Shown here: one piece after another, positions 50,631 through 61,505 of the stretch
How the letters are laid out: each line of letters opens with the position of its first letter
Position numbering within the stretch: the first letter of the stretch is position 1
Assembly: GCF_004346205.1 (NCBI RefSeq)
Contig: NZ_SMAM01000006.1
Location: forward strand, 38,839-102,838
Length of the DNA stretch: 64,000 bases
Source of the DNA: Bibersteinia trehalosi
Lineage (GTDB): Bacteria > Pseudomonadota > Gammaproteobacteria > Enterobacterales > Pasteurellaceae
Direction: 5' to 3'
Program-made: the position numbers and the translations under genes
The notes under the pieces: generated by a model
What the model saw: the letters and a program-made list of their open reading frames with translations, nothing else
The model's database searches: none
What the model was told of the DNA's origin: nothing

Positions 50631-53276
50631 ATGTCTGTTAAGGAAAATTCAGTAACGGCAAACTATGATGATCTACAGGATATGGTTGCCTCCAATGATG
50701 CAGGAGGGCGTAACCCAACAGGGTTTACGAAAAAACTGATTGTCGTTACCGCAATAATTTGGTCATTATTTCAACTTTATTACACTTCACCATTTCCATT
50801 CTGGTTGCAGGAAGTGGTGCGTAATGTGGGCTTAGAGCTGAATGTGGTGGTTGATGATACGAAAGCACGTTCAATTCATTTAGCCTTTGCCTTATTTTTG
50901 GCTTATCTATCATTCCCTGCATTTGCAACCTCACCGAAGCATCGCGTGCCTTATCACGATTGGCTATTTGCTACCCTTGGTGCATTTCTTGGGGCGTACT
51001 ATATTTTCTTCTATGAAGGCTTAGTGACGCGTTTTGGTGCGCCTATTACTCAAGATATTATTGCAGGTTGCTTAGGGCTTTTACTTCTGCTTGAAGCTTG
51101 TCGTCGCAGTTTAGGTTTACCTTTGGTGATTATTGCAGGCGTGTTTCTACTTTATAACTATTTTGGGCAATTCTTGCCAACCAGCTGGATTATCAGCCAT
51201 CGTTCAGGTACGCTGAACCAAATTATCAACCAGCAGTGGATCACTACCGAAGGGGTATTTGGTGTAGCCCTTGGGGTATCGACAAAATATGTTTTCCTGT
51301 TCGTATTATTTGGTGCGCTACTGGATAAAGCCGGTGCAGGGAACTACTTTATCAAAACTGCTTTTGCCTATCTTGGACACTTTAGTGGTGGCCCAGGGAA
51401 AGCTGCTGTGGTTTCGTCAGGTTTAACGGGCTTAGTGTCTGGTTCTTCGATTGCTAACGTGGTGACAACAGGGACATTCACTATTCCAATGATGAAGCGT
51501 GTCGGCTTAAGCCCAGAAAAAGCGGGTGCGGTTGAAGTCGCCTCTTCCGTAAATGGACAGATTATGCCTCCTGTTATGGGGGCGGCGGCATTTTTAATGA
51601 TCGAATATGTCAATTTGCCATATAGCCAATTGATCACACACGCCTTTTTGCCTGCCTTTATCTCCTATATTGCGTTGGTTTATATCGTGCATTTAGAAGC
51701 ACAAAAGCTAGGGCTAAAAGGCTTAGAACGTGTTGAGCCGGTTAGTCCAATTTTAATCACGTTATTAAAAATGGTGAGTTACATCTTGCTCGCAGTATTA
51801 CTTGCGATTGGGGTGGAGTTTGGCTTAGGTTGGATCAAATCCATCACCCCTGATTTCGCTTTTGTGATTGTGTGTTCTATTCTTGCAGTGCTTTATTTAG
51901 TGCTTATTCGCCGAGTAGCACAGTTCCCAGATTTAGAATTAGACGATCCAAATTCGCCAGTTGCCACGTTGCCACGCCGTAAGCCGACAGTAAATGCAGG
52001 TTTGCACTATTTGCTACCTGTGATTGTGCTAATGTGGTGCTTAATGGTAGAAAAAATGTCACCGGGCTTATCTGCATTTTGGGGAACACTCACTTTAGCA
52101 GCCATTTTGGTAACACAACGCCCATTATTGAGTTTCTTCCGTCAAGATAATGGCAATAAGTTCCAACTTGCAAGACAAGGTCTGCAAGATTTGATTGACG
52201 GTTTGGAAACCGGTGCGAGAAATATGATCGGTATAGGTATCGCTACCGCTACCGCAGGTATTATCGTTGGTGTGGTTTCGCTTACGGGTTTTGGGGTACA
52301 GCTTGCAGGCATTATCGAAATGCTCTCAATGGGCAACATTCTGTTAATGCTAATTTTAGTGGCAATCTTCAGCTTGATTCTCGGTATGGGGTTACCGACT
52401 ACGGCAAATTATATCGTGGTGTCATCATTGATGGCATTAGTGATTGTCGAAGTTGGTAAACAGAATGGCTTAATCGTACCACTGATTGCCGTGCATCTAT
52501 TTGTGTTCTATTTTGGGATTATGGCTGATGTTACCCCACCTGTGGGGCTTGCCTCATTTGCAGCGGCAGCCATTTCTGGTGGTAGTCCGATTCAAACAGG
52601 GATGCAGGCGTTCTTCTACAGCTTGAGAACGGTAATTTTGCCATTCCTATTCATCTTTAATACCGATTTATTATTAATTGATGTCGGCTGGGCAAAAGGA
52701 TTATTAGTCTTTATCACGGCAACCATCGGAATCTTGATTTTTACAGCGGCAACGATGGGCTTTTTCTTTACCAAGAATAAGCTGTGGGAAACTTTTGCAT
52801 TGATTTTAGCGGCATTTACCTTATTTAGCCCGAGTTTCTTTATGGAATATGTATCGCCTGCCGAACGCCATATTGCACCATCAGCCTTGGTACAAGAGCT
52901 TGCGAGTACCCCCGCTGGGCAGAACATGAAACTTAAAGTATCAGGAATGAACCCTTATGGTAAAGAGATCGAATTTTATTCACAATTTACCGTTCCAGAA
53001 GGGGAAACAGGTGAAGCTCGCCTACAAGCGTTAGGGTTAGAACTTTTAGATACAGGTGAGACGATCGATATTGATGGTGAACCCACAGCTAAGATTCTAA
53101 TTGATAATGTGGCGATGGATTCGCCGGCAGCAAAAGCAGGCTTAAACTGGGATCAAACGATTTTGGACGTGATGGTTCCGCAGAATTCGTTACCCAAAGA
53201 GCTGATGTTTATTCCTGCATTATTACTTGCCTTTGGCGTAGCATGGAATCAACGTCGCCGTAGAAAAATGGAATAA
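50631..53276 (+). CDS. TRAP transporter fused permease (DctQ-DctM-like, TAXI-associated)
   Basis: 881 aa, ~18+ TM segments; immediately downstream of TAXI receptor. Confidence 0.85.
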   Translation: MSVKENSVTANYDDLQDMVASNDAGGRNPTGFTKKLIVVTAIIWSLFQLYYTSPFPFWLQEVVRNVGLELNVVVDDTKARSIHLAFALFLAYLSFPAFATSPKHRVPYHDWLFATLGAFLGAYYIFFYEGLVTRFGAPITQDIIAGCLGLLLLLEACRRSLGLPLVIIAGVFLLYNYFGQFLPTSWIISHRSGTLNQIINQQWITTEGVFGVALGVSTKYVFLFVLFGALLDKAGAGNYFIKTAFAYLGHFSGGPGKAAVVSSGLTGLVSGSSIANVVTTGTFTIPMMKRVGLSPEKAGAVEVASSVNGQIMPPVMGAAAFLMIEYVNLPYSQLITHAFLPAFISYIALVYIVHLEAQKLGLKGLERVEPVSPILITLLKMVSYILLAVLLAIGVEFGLGWIKSITPDFAFVIVCSILAVLYLVLIRRVAQFPDLELDDPNSPVATLPRRKPTVNAGLHYLLPVIVLMWCLMVEKMSPGLSAFWGTLTLAAILVTQRPLLSFFRQDNGNKFQLARQGLQDLIDGLETGARNMIGIGIATATAGIIVGVVSLTGFGVQLAGIIEMLSMGNILLMLILVAIFSLILGMGLPTTANYIVVSSLMALVIVEVGKQNGLIVPLIAVHLFVFYFGIMADVTPPVGLASFAAAAISGGSPIQTGMQAFFYSLRTVILPFLFIFNTDLLLIDVGWAKGLLVFITATIGILIFTAATMGFFFTKNKLWETFALILAAFTLFSPSFFMEYVSPAERHIAPSALVQELASTPAGQNMKLKVSGMNPYGKEIEFYSQFTVPEGETGEARLQALGLELLDTGETIDIDGEPTAKILIDNVAMDSPAAKAGLNWDQTILDVMVPQNSLPKELMFIPALLLAFGVAWNQRRRRKME

Positions 53277-53282
53277 TTCAGG

Positions 53283-53326
53283 AAGCGGTTTGTTTTGCAT
53301 ATTTTTTTGCAAAATAGACCGCTTGT
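53283..53326. terminator. imperfect inverted USS-pair hairpin (terminator)
   Basis: AAGCGGTTTGTTTTGCA-tattttttt-TGCAAAATAGACCGCTT. Confidence 0.45.
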
Positions 53327-53357
53327 TATTTAACCTCATCAGTATAAGTGAGAAAAA

Positions 53358-53783
53358 ATGTATAAAAATCTTCTTCTCGCGGTAGATCTGAGTAATCTAA
53401 CGCAAGCCAAATATGTGGTAGAAACCGCACAGCAATTAACCGCACATAGCCCTGATGCTGTGTATCGTGTAGTCACTATTATTGAGCCAATGGATGACAG
53501 CTTTATCTCCGCATTTTTACCGAAAAATTTTGATAAATCGGTAGTTGCGGAGGCGAATAAAGCACTGCATGCTTTTACTCAAGCGAATTTTCCCGCAGGA
53601 GCAAAAGTTCAGCACATTGTGGCACATGGCACGATTTATGAAGAGATCAATCAAATTGCTGAACAGAAAAATGTAGATCTGATTATTATGCTAGCCAGCA
53701 GCAAACCAAATGCGAAAGGTTTAAGTGCGAATACTGTAAAAGTGGCACGTAACACTGACCGACCAGTTTTAGTTCTGCGCTAG
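53358..53783 (+). CDS. universal stress protein (UspA family)
   Basis: 141 aa; Usp fold motifs; hairpin ATGCCATTC-tttcag-GAATGGCAT plus T-run after the stop. Confidence 0.8.
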   Translation: MYKNLLLAVDLSNLTQAKYVVETAQQLTAHSPDAVYRVVTIIEPMDDSFISAFLPKNFDKSVVAEANKALHAFTQANFPAGAKVQHIVAHGTIYEEINQIAEQKNVDLIIMLASSKPNAKGLSANTVKVARNTDRPVLVLR

Positions 53784-53840
53784 GTCTTTTTTTAAGATAC
53801 AATATGCCATTCTTTCAGAATGGCATTTTTATTACAGATT

Positions 53841-54794
53841 ATGGCAAAAAAATTAAATATCATTTTCGCAGGTACGCCTGATTTTGCAGCAACCCATCTT
53901 CAAGCACTACTAAATTCACAGCATAATGTGATTGCAGTTTATACCCAGCCGGATAAACCAGCGGGGCGCGGCAAGAAGTTACAAGCAAGCCCTGTAAAAC
54001 AGTTGGCAGAACAACATAACATTCCTGTTTATCAGCCTAAATCACTACGCAAAGAAGAAGCTCAGGCTGAATTGCAAGCACTGAATGCAGATGTGATGGT
54101 AGTGGTGGCTTATGGCTTGATTCTGCCAAAAGCGGTATTAGATGCGCCACGTTTAGGTTGCTTGAATGTGCATGGCTCAATTTTACCTCGTTGGCGAGGT
54201 GCAGCCCCGATTCAACGTGCAATTTGGGCTGGCGATCAAGAAACTGGCGTAACGATTATGCAGATGGATATTGGTTTAGATACTGGTGATATGTTACATA
54301 AAGTTTATACGCCAATTGAGCCAAATGAAACCTCAGCAACGCTCTATCATAAACTTGCAGAGCTTGCTCCTCCAGCACTGATTGAGGTGTTAGATAACTT
54401 AGAAAGCGGCAAATTTGTGCCAGAGAAACAGCAAGATGAGTTGGCAAACTATGCGGATAAATTAAGTAAAGAAGAAGCGTTATTAGATTGGAATTTGCCA
54501 GCGGAGCAGTTGGAACGTAATATTCGAGCGTTCAACCCTGCGCCTATTGCTTATCTTAATTTAACCGTTGATGGCAAAGAAGAGCGTATTAAAGTGTATC
54601 AAGCGGTGGTTTTGGCACATCAAAATGCAAAAGTTGGCACGATTTTAAATGTAGATAAAACGGGTATTCAAATTGCAACAGTAGATGGCGTTCTCAACAT
54701 TACTCAATTGCAGCCATCGGGTAAAAAACCGATGAGTGTGCAGGATTTCCTGAATGGACGAGGGGATTGGTTTAAAGTAGGACAAACAATTTAA
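53841..54794 (+). CDS. fmt: methionyl-tRNA formyltransferase
   Basis: N-terminus [17 protein letters not shown]. Start set at the second ATG because the track start overlaps the uspA terminator hairpin. Confidence 0.88.
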   Translation: MAKKLNIIFAGTPDFAATHLQALLNSQHNVIAVYTQPDKPAGRGKKLQASPVKQLAEQHNIPVYQPKSLRKEEAQAELQALNADVMVVVAYGLILPKAVLDAPRLGCLNVHGSILPRWRGAAPIQRAIWAGDQETGVTIMQMDIGLDTGDMLHKVYTPIEPNETSATLYHKLAELAPPALIEVLDNLESGKFVPEKQQDELANYADKLSKEEALLDWNLPAEQLERNIRAFNPAPIAYLNLTVDGKEERIKVYQAVVLAHQNAKVGTILNVDKTGIQIATVDGVLNITQLQPSGKKPMSVQDFLNGRGDWFKVGQTI

Positions 54795-56116
54795 TGAAAA
54801 AACAATCCGCCCGTGCGGTTGCCGCACAGATCATTTTACAAGTACTAGACGAAGGGAAATCGCTTTCAACGTTGTTGCCTGAAGCGCAGGTTGAAAGTAA
54901 AGATCTCCCTTTGGTACAAGAGATCACCTTTGGGGTATGTCGCGTGCTACCGCGTCTAGAACAGATCATTAAATTATTAGTCAGTAAGCCGTTAAAAGGC
55001 AAAACCCGTTTGGTGCATTGTTTATTATTGGTTGGGTTATATCAGCTACTCTATATGCGTGTGCCTGAATTTGCAGCGGTAGATGAGGTGGTGAATGCGA
55101 CTAAAACACTGAAATTAGACAGTTTTCGTGGGCTGACAAATGGAGTATTACGCCGTTTTCTGCGTGAAAGAGAGCAAATTTTAGCCAAAATAGATAAGCA
55201 TTGGCAGACACTCCACCCTGAATGGTTAGTTAATCAGCTTAAAACAAGCTATCCACATTGGCGTGATATTGTGGAAGCAAATAATCAACGTCCACCGATG
55301 TGGATTCGAGTTAATTCACAGTATTCCAGTACAGAAAATTATGGTGAATTACTGGGCGATTTGGTAAAAAATTCCGCTAAAGAGACCGCTTGTACTGCAC
55401 CAAGCTGTGCGATTTTGCTCGAAAAGCCAGTGAGCGTCAGCCAACTTCCACATTTTGAGCAAGGTTGGGCAACCGTGCAAGATGCTCACGCACAATGGTC
55501 GGCAAGCTTACTTGAGCCAAAAAATGACGAACGCATTTTAGATGCTTGTGCCGCTCCAGGGGGGAAAACGACCCATATTTTAGAGTTAGCGCCTAAGGCG
55601 AATGTTATCGCATTAGATATCGAGCAGAGTCGCTTAAAGCGAGTGAGCGAAAATTTACAACGTTTAGGGCAGCAAGCAACGGTGATTTGTGGTGATGCTA
55701 GCCAGCCTGAAACATGGTTGGAAGAGGGGCTCATGTTTGATCGAATTCTGCTTGATGCACCTTGCTCGGCAACGGGGGTAATCCGCCGTCACCCAGATAT
55801 TAAATGGCTTCGCCAAGAGCGTGATATTAGCGAGCTTGTGGCGCTACAGGCAAAAATTCTTCATGCATTATGGCAACGCTTAAAACCTAATGGCGTGTTA
55901 CTCTATGCGACCTGTTCGATTTTGCCACAAGAAAATGATGAGCAAATCCGACGTTTTATTGAAAATACGCCAAATGCTCGTTTAGCTGAAATGGACTTTG
56001 GCTTTGAAAAAACCACAACCAAGCAATTTTTTCCAAGTGAAAACGGCGGTGATGGATTTTTCTATGCAAAATTAGTGAAAGTAGCAGTCAATATAGATGA
56101 GCCAACAACGTTATAG
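54794..56116 (+). CDS. rsmB: 16S rRNA (cytosine967-C5)-methyltransferase RsmB
   Basis: 440 aa; NusB-like N-domain plus SAM-MTase with catalytic Cys motifs; fmt-rsmB-trkA synteny. Confidence 0.88.
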   Translation: MKKQSARAVAAQIILQVLDEGKSLSTLLPEAQVESKDLPLVQEITFGVCRVLPRLEQIIKLLVSKPLKGKTRLVHCLLLVGLYQLLYMRVPEFAAVDEVVNATKTLKLDSFRGLTNGVLRRFLREREQILAKIDKHWQTLHPEWLVNQLKTSYPHWRDIVEANNQRPPMWIRVNSQYSSTENYGELLGDLVKNSAKETACTAPSCAILLEKPVSVSQLPHFEQGWATVQDAHAQWSASLLEPKNDERILDACAAPGGKTTHILELAPKANVIALDIEQSRLKRVSENLQRLGQQATVICGDASQPETWLEEGLMFDRILLDAPCSATGVIRRHPDIKWLRQERDISELVALQAKILHALWQRLKPNGVLLYATCSILPQENDEQIRRFIENTPNARLAEMDFGFEKTTTKQFFPSENGGDGFFYAKLVKVAVNIDEPTTL

Positions 56117-56131
56117 TAAAAAGAAATTCCT

Positions 56132-57508
56132 ATGAAAATCATCATTCTTGGAGCAGGTCAAGTCGGAGCAACCCTTGCTGAAAATCTCGCGAGTAACGAT
56201 AACGATATTACCATTATTGATAATGATCAGATTCGCCTAGATAAACTGCGTGATAAAAATGATCTACAAGCGATCAAAGGAAATGCGGCTTCACCTCGTA
56301 TTTTGCGTGAGGCTGGGGCAAGTGATGCGGATTTGTTAGTTGCAGTAACAGATAGTGATGAAAGCAATATGGTTGCTTGTCAGATTGCTTATACGCTATT
56401 TCATATTCCGACCAAAATTGCGCGTATCCGAAATCCAGATTATGTGCGAGAACGTGAAGCGTTATTTAATGATAAAGTCTTACCTATTGACCATATTATC
56501 GCCCCAGAAGTGTTGGTGACTCAGGAAATTCTCCGTTTGATCGATTACCCCGGTGCGTTGCAAGTTGCCCACTTTACCAATGATTTAGTGAGCCTTGTGA
56601 GTGTAAAAGCCTACTATGGGGGGCCTTTAGTTGGCTACCCAATATCGGCATTAAATGATCATTTACCGCATATTGAGGCTCGTATTGTTTCCATTTTTCG
56701 TAATGACAAAGCTTTTGTACCTCAAGGTTCAACGATTATTGAAGCAGGTGATGAAGTCTATTTCATTTGCGCAAGCCATCATATTAAGGCGGTGATGTCA
56801 GAGTTACAGCGCCTAGAAAAACCACATAAACGAGTGATGATCGTGGGCGGTGGGAATATCGCCACTGCATTGGCACAGGCTTTAGAGGAAAAATGTAGTG
56901 TCAAATTGCTTGAACCTAACCAAGCTAAAGCGGAGAAATTGGCAGAAAAACTGTCGAAAACATTGGTTTTGTGTGGCGATCCATCGGATCAGGAATTGCT
57001 TTTTGAAGAACATATCGAAAATATCGATCTGTTTTTGGCCATGACAGGTGATGATGAGGCGAATATTATGTCTTCTCTACTCGCCAAACGACTTGGCGCT
57101 AAAAAAGCGATAGTGCTAGTACAGCGTATTTCTTACTTGCATTTAATTCAAGGTGGAACGATTGATATTGCGATTTCTCCGCAGCAAGCAACGATCTCTG
57201 CGCTTTCAAGTCATGTTCGTAAAGGCGATATTGTACGAGTTGCCTCGCTTAAACAAGGGATGGTTGAAGGTATTGAAGCGATTGCTCATGGGGATTATGA
57301 AACCTCAAAAGTGGTTGGGCGAGCGATTCGAGATGTGAAACTGCCACAGGGGGCAATTATTGGGGCGATTGTGCGTAATGGCGTGCCGATGATTGCGCAT
57401 AAATCCACTGTGATCGAAGAAGGCGATCACGTCATTGTGTTTGTAAACGATAAAAAACAGTCGGCAGAGATTGAAAAATTGTTCCAGCCGAATGTGTTTT
57501 TCTTATAG
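56132..57508 (+). CDS. trkA: Trk potassium uptake protein TrkA
   Basis: 458 aa; two NAD-binding Rossmann motifs (GAGQVG, GGGNIA). Confidence 0.9.
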   Translation: MKIIILGAGQVGATLAENLASNDNDITIIDNDQIRLDKLRDKNDLQAIKGNAASPRILREAGASDADLLVAVTDSDESNMVACQIAYTLFHIPTKIARIRNPDYVREREALFNDKVLPIDHIIAPEVLVTQEILRLIDYPGALQVAHFTNDLVSLVSVKAYYGGPLVGYPISALNDHLPHIEARIVSIFRNDKAFVPQGSTIIEAGDEVYFICASHHIKAVMSELQRLEKPHKRVMIVGGGNIATALAQALEEKCSVKLLEPNQAKAEKLAEKLSKTLVLCGDPSDQELLFEEHIENIDLFLAMTGDDEANIMSSLLAKRLGAKKAIVLVQRISYLHLIQGGTIDIAISPQQATISALSSHVRKGDIVRVASLKQGMVEGIEAIAHGDYETSKVVGRAIRDVKLPQGAIIGAIVRNGVPMIAHKSTVIEEGDHVIVFVNDKKQSAEIEKLFQPNVFFL

Positions 57509-57553
57509 CCTTTTGCAAATTTTTGCCTATTTTATACCGCTTGTCAGAATCTC

Positions 57554-59143
57554 ATGTCCAATCCAATTTCAGCAAAGTTCAGGCGTTTTTCTGCATGGTC
57601 GTTTTATCTCGCGATCATTGCGCTTTATGCTTTTAGCCTTTGGGGGCTATTTACTCATCGTACAGATGAAACCTTTTGGTCATTGGCTGAAACATGGCGA
57701 ATTGTGCAATATAGCGCAGGACAAGCATTGATTTCAGCGCTCTCTGCGACTTTACTTGGATTGCTCACGGCGCGCAGTTTTTTTTACCTTCCTTTTAAAG
57801 GCAAAGCACTTCTTTATAAACTTCTCGCTTTTGTTTGGTCGTTGCCCGCCTTGATTGTAATTTTTGCTTTGATTGGCGTATGGGGAAACAATGGTTGGCT
57901 TGCGCAATGCTGGCGGCTAATTGGATTGGAATGGCATTTCTCGCTTTATGGTTTGCAAGGTATTGTCTTGGCACACCTATTCTTAAATATCCCACTTGTC
58001 ATGAAATATTGCCTTGAAGGTTTAAATCTTATTCCGAGTAGTAGCCACCAATTAGCTGCGCAGCTAAATTTAACCGGCTGGTACTATTTTCGTATTGTGG
58101 AATTGCCCGTATTAAGCGGCATTTTGCCCTATGCATTTGGTACGGTTTTTTTACTCTGTTTTACGAGTTTCCCGATTGTGCTCATGCTTGGCGGAGGGCC
58201 GAAATATAGCACGTTAGAAGTAGCAATTTATCAAGCGGTGACTTTTGAGTTTGATTTTGCAAAAGCGGTAATCTTAATTTTAGTGCAAGTGGCAATTGGC
58301 ATACTGTTGCAGTTATTGATGTTATGGGCAAGCCGCCGTGCCTTTGAACAACAACGTTCAAAAGCAGTGATCGATGCAATTTGGCGAGCAGCGCCGCAGG
58401 GGACTAAGCGCTTCTTATCTACTATTTTTCTACTGATGATCTGCACAATGATTTTTGTGCCATTATTGAATGTGGTTTTGCGTGGCATTTCTGCATTAAA
58501 CTGGCAGCGTTTATTGGCATTCGATTTAGTGCAGGCAGTGTGGTTTTCCTTGCTACTCGCTTTAATCTCAGGTATCACAGCTGTAGGTGTAAGCTATCTG
58601 TTAGCCTTAGAACATCGGCAACTTGTCTATCATCAACAAAAAGTTTGGCAAAGTATTTTAAGCAGTGTGGTGACTCTGCCACTGATTTTGCCGGTGTTTT
58701 TATTATCTGTCGGCTTATTTTTACTGCTAATGTGGCATGACTTAAATCAATGGCAGTTAATTCTTTTGATTGGCATTTGTAATGGTTTAACGCTGCTGCC
58801 ATTTATCTATCATTTGATATTCTCAGCAATGTGGCAGAGTTTGAAAAACCGCGATAAGCTAGCAAGAAGTCTAGGATTAAAAGGTTTTCAACGTTGGTGG
58901 ATTGTGGAAAAAAATGCGTTAATTCGACCGCTTGCACAAGCCTTTGCATTAGCTATTTCTGCAAGTTTAGGCAGTTTTACCATTATTGCATTTTTTGGCA
59001 ACCCAGATTTCGCAACATTGCCTTATTTACTCTATCAGCAGCTGGGTAATTATCGTACAGAAGAAGCGGCAGTTACAGCATTACTGCTACTACTTTGTGC
59101 TTTACTACCATTTTTGGCTATAAAACAAAAAGGGAGTTTATGA
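57554..59143 (+). CDS. two-domain ABC transporter permease (ThiP/FbpB family)
   Basis: 529 aa with duplicated ABC transmembrane type-1 domains; overlaps downstream ATPase by 4 nt. Confidence 0.75.
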   Translation: MSNPISAKFRRFSAWSFYLAIIALYAFSLWGLFTHRTDETFWSLAETWRIVQYSAGQALISALSATLLGLLTARSFFYLPFKGKALLYKLLAFVWSLPALIVIFALIGVWGNNGWLAQCWRLIGLEWHFSLYGLQGIVLAHLFLNIPLVMKYCLEGLNLIPSSSHQLAAQLNLTGWYYFRIVELPVLSGILPYAFGTVFLLCFTSFPIVLMLGGGPKYSTLEVAIYQAVTFEFDFAKAVILILVQVAIGILLQLLMLWASRRAFEQQRSKAVIDAIWRAAPQGTKRFLSTIFLLMICTMIFVPLLNVVLRGISALNWQRLLAFDLVQAVWFSLLLALISGITAVGVSYLLALEHRQLVYHQQKVWQSILSSVVTLPLILPVFLLSVGLFLLLMWHDLNQWQLILLIGICNGLTLLPFIYHLIFSAMWQSLKNRDKLARSLGLKGFQRWWIVEKNALIRPLAQAFALAISASLGSFTIIAFFGNPDFATLPYLLYQQLGNYRTEEAAVTALLLLLCALLPFLAIKQKGSL

Positions 59144-59778
59144 TTGATTTAAATTTGGAATTCGATTACCCAGGTATGCCCATGCAGTTTCAGCTAAAAG
59201 TTGCAAAAGGCGAACGAGTCGCAGTTTTAGGTGAGAGCGGCGCAGGAAAAAGTACATTACTTAACTTAATTGCGGGGTTTGAGCAAGCAAATCGTGGTTA
59301 TTTGCGTTTAAATGGAGAAGAGCATTTGGAGACAGAACCTGCCCAACGCCCAGTTTCAATGTTATTTCAAGATAATAATTTATTTGAACATTTAAGTGTT
59401 GAGCAGAATATTGGGCTGGCATTAGTGCCTTGTTTGCGTTTTAGTACTCAACAACAAGCTCAGATTGTGGAAATTGCCGAGAAGATGGGCATTGCGGAAC
59501 TATTAAAACGCCGAGCGGATCAGCTTTCAGGCGGGCAAAAACAGCGTGTAGCATTGGCAAGAACCTTACTTAGAGATAAACCCATTTTGCTATTAGATGA
59601 GCCATTCTCAGCATTAGATCCGAAACGGCGCTCAGAATTGCAAACATTGGTAGCAAATTTGTGTGAAGAAAGGAATTTAACACTGTTAATGGTTACTCAC
59701 CAATTTGATGAAAGTCGTGCATTATTTCATCGTCGTATCTTGCTTGATGCAGGGAAAATTATGACACATGAAAAGTAA
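59140..59778 (+). CDS. ABC transporter ATP-binding protein (ThiQ-like, no C-terminal regulatory domain)
   Basis: Walker A GESGAGKST; LSGGQKQRVALAR signature; 212 aa from ATG after AAGGGAG RBS. Confidence 0.8.
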   Translation: MIDLNLEFDYPGMPMQFQLKVAKGERVAVLGESGAGKSTLLNLIAGFEQANRGYLRLNGEEHLETEPAQRPVSMLFQDNNLFEHLSVEQNIGLALVPCLRFSTQQQAQIVEIAEKMGIAELLKRRADQLSGGQKQRVALARTLLRDKPILLLDEPFSALDPKRRSELQTLVANLCEERNLTLLMVTHQFDESRALFHRRILLDAGKIMTHEK

Positions 59779-59874
59779 ACTTATGCAAGTTTGCTGTTTC
59801 TTGCTAGTCAAATAAATCTTTTTTCAGTATTATTTCAAAATTCATTTTTTGTTTATACGATAGTGAGGAATAGT

Positions 59875-60726
59875 GTGCCAAACCGTGATTATGCTGCTCG
59901 TTCAAAAAAGTCGGGTAAAAGCGTAAATAAATTGCTGATTTTAATTATTGTTTTGTTGTTATTGGGGATGAGCGCTTTAGCATTAATGTTATTAAGCTCG
60001 AAAGAGCCAGTAAAAACAGAAATTTCCCAGCCTGTTGCGATTCAGCCACAAAAAAGCGAGCTCCCGACACCTCCTGCGGAGATTTATAGTTATATCCGTG
60101 ATTTAGAAACGCGTGAAGTTCCTGTTGATAAGAATGCGAGAATTGCTCAATTAACCCGAGAACAGGAACAACAATTACAGCGCTTGCAGGAAGAAGAAAA
60201 ACGTAAACAAGCATTAGCAGAGCTAAAAGAAAATATTCAAATTGAGCAAATGCAGCCTAATATCAATGCAGTAGAGCCAAATGCGCAAGATAAAAAAGTG
60301 GTTGCATTAACTGCTGAAGAGTTTGAAGCGAAAACGCAGGCAGAACAAAAAGCCGCAGAAGAAAAGAGTAAGCAGGCAGAATTAAGAAAACAGCAAGATG
60401 CGAAGAGAGCTGCTGACTTGCAGGCACAAAAAGCTAAGGAAGTGGCACAGGTTAAAGAGTCTAATGCGACTAAGGTTGTCGCTAAGCCAGCTAATGAAGC
60501 ACCGAAAGTGATTGGTAAATTTGGTTTGCAATGTGGTGCATTTAAAAACAAGGCACAAGCTGAGAATATGCAGGCACGTCTTGCTATGGCTGGTTATAAT
60601 GCCAGAATTAATAGTAATGGTGAGTGGAACCGTGTAGTTGTAGGGCCAATTGGTGATAGAGCTGCAGCTTCACAAGCTCAAGCAAATGCTCGCAGTGTTG
60701 CAGAGTGTTTAATTGTAGGTATGTAA
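59875..60726 (+). CDS. ftsN: cell division protein FtsN (GTG start)
   Basis: N-terminal RDYAARS (cf. E. coli RDYVRRS), TM, Gln-rich region, C-terminal SPOR domain (QCGAFKNKAQAE...NGEWNRVVVGPI). GAGGAA RBS before GTG. Confidence 0.8.
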   Translation: MPNRDYAARSKKSGKSVNKLLILIIVLLLLGMSALALMLLSSKEPVKTEISQPVAIQPQKSELPTPPAEIYSYIRDLETREVPVDKNARIAQLTREQEQQLQRLQEEEKRKQALAELKENIQIEQMQPNINAVEPNAQDKKVVALTAEEFEAKTQAEQKAAEEKSKQAELRKQQDAKRAADLQAQKAKEVAQVKESNATKVVAKPANEAPKVIGKFGLQCGAFKNKAQAENMQARLAMAGYNARINSNGEWNRVVVGPIGDRAAASQAQANARSVAECLIVGM

Positions 60727-60741
60727 TTTTTAAGGATAACT

Positions 60742-61059
60742 ATGCAATTTAAAGATTTTTTAGCCACATTTCCTAGTGTTGAACATTTAGCCGGATTAGA
60801 TGTGCTTGATGCAGAAGGACAAGTTATTCATCATATTCCTGCAATTGAGGGAAAATTAGGCTCATTAAAATTGTATAATGCGCTTGCAGAGCAATTCTCA
60901 GGACAGCTTAATCAAAAAAGTGCAGAGCAAGGGTTAGTTTGGTTTGCCGAACATCTTCATGACGCGAAACAATTCCCAGGTAAGCATCCAAATATTGATT
61001 TGCTATTAGCGGTTGTGTCAGACCAACTGCAATATCGTTTAAATCCTATTGCTAAATAG
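60742..61059 (+). CDS. hypothetical protein (105 aa)
   Basis: Clean ORF with ATG 6 nt after AAGGATAAC; no family recognised by eye. Confidence 0.45.
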   Translation: MQFKDFLATFPSVEHLAGLDVLDAEGQVIHHIPAIEGKLGSLKLYNALAEQFSGQLNQKSAEQGLVWFAEHLHDAKQFPGKHPNIDLLLAVVSDQLQYRLNPIAK

Positions 61060-61170
61060 TCTGTAATTTATTCATATAGTTTTAGTGTGCTATTTTCTAT
61101 TTGACAATCATACGCAAGACGATAGAATAGTTACCAATTTCAAGCGCTATGGCATACTATAGCGCTTAAT

Positions 61171-61246
<76 letters not shown>

Positions 61247-61505
61247 TTCTTAATTTAAAATATAGCACCATGGGGTGCTTTTTTTATATCTAAATTTTGC
61301 CATCAACCTAATCTAAGTATTTGATATTTATTATCATTTTTACCATTTTAAAAAATTTGATTTACTTCAAAGAAGAATCAAAATCTCATTGTTTTATTAT
61401 TTTTTTTAATTATTCTCACCAATGGAAGAAATTGTTTTAACTTATTGATTTTTAAGTGATAAACATTCTCAAGTGTTTCGTTTATATTCTTTTGTGGGGG
61501 CTCTT

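Noticed and set aside
53820-53840. Track start of fmt at 53820 ([11 protein letters not shown]…)
   Set aside because: Those first codons lie within the uspA terminator hairpin (ATGCCATTC…GAATGGCAT plus T-run). The second ATG gives the canonical Fmt N-terminus.
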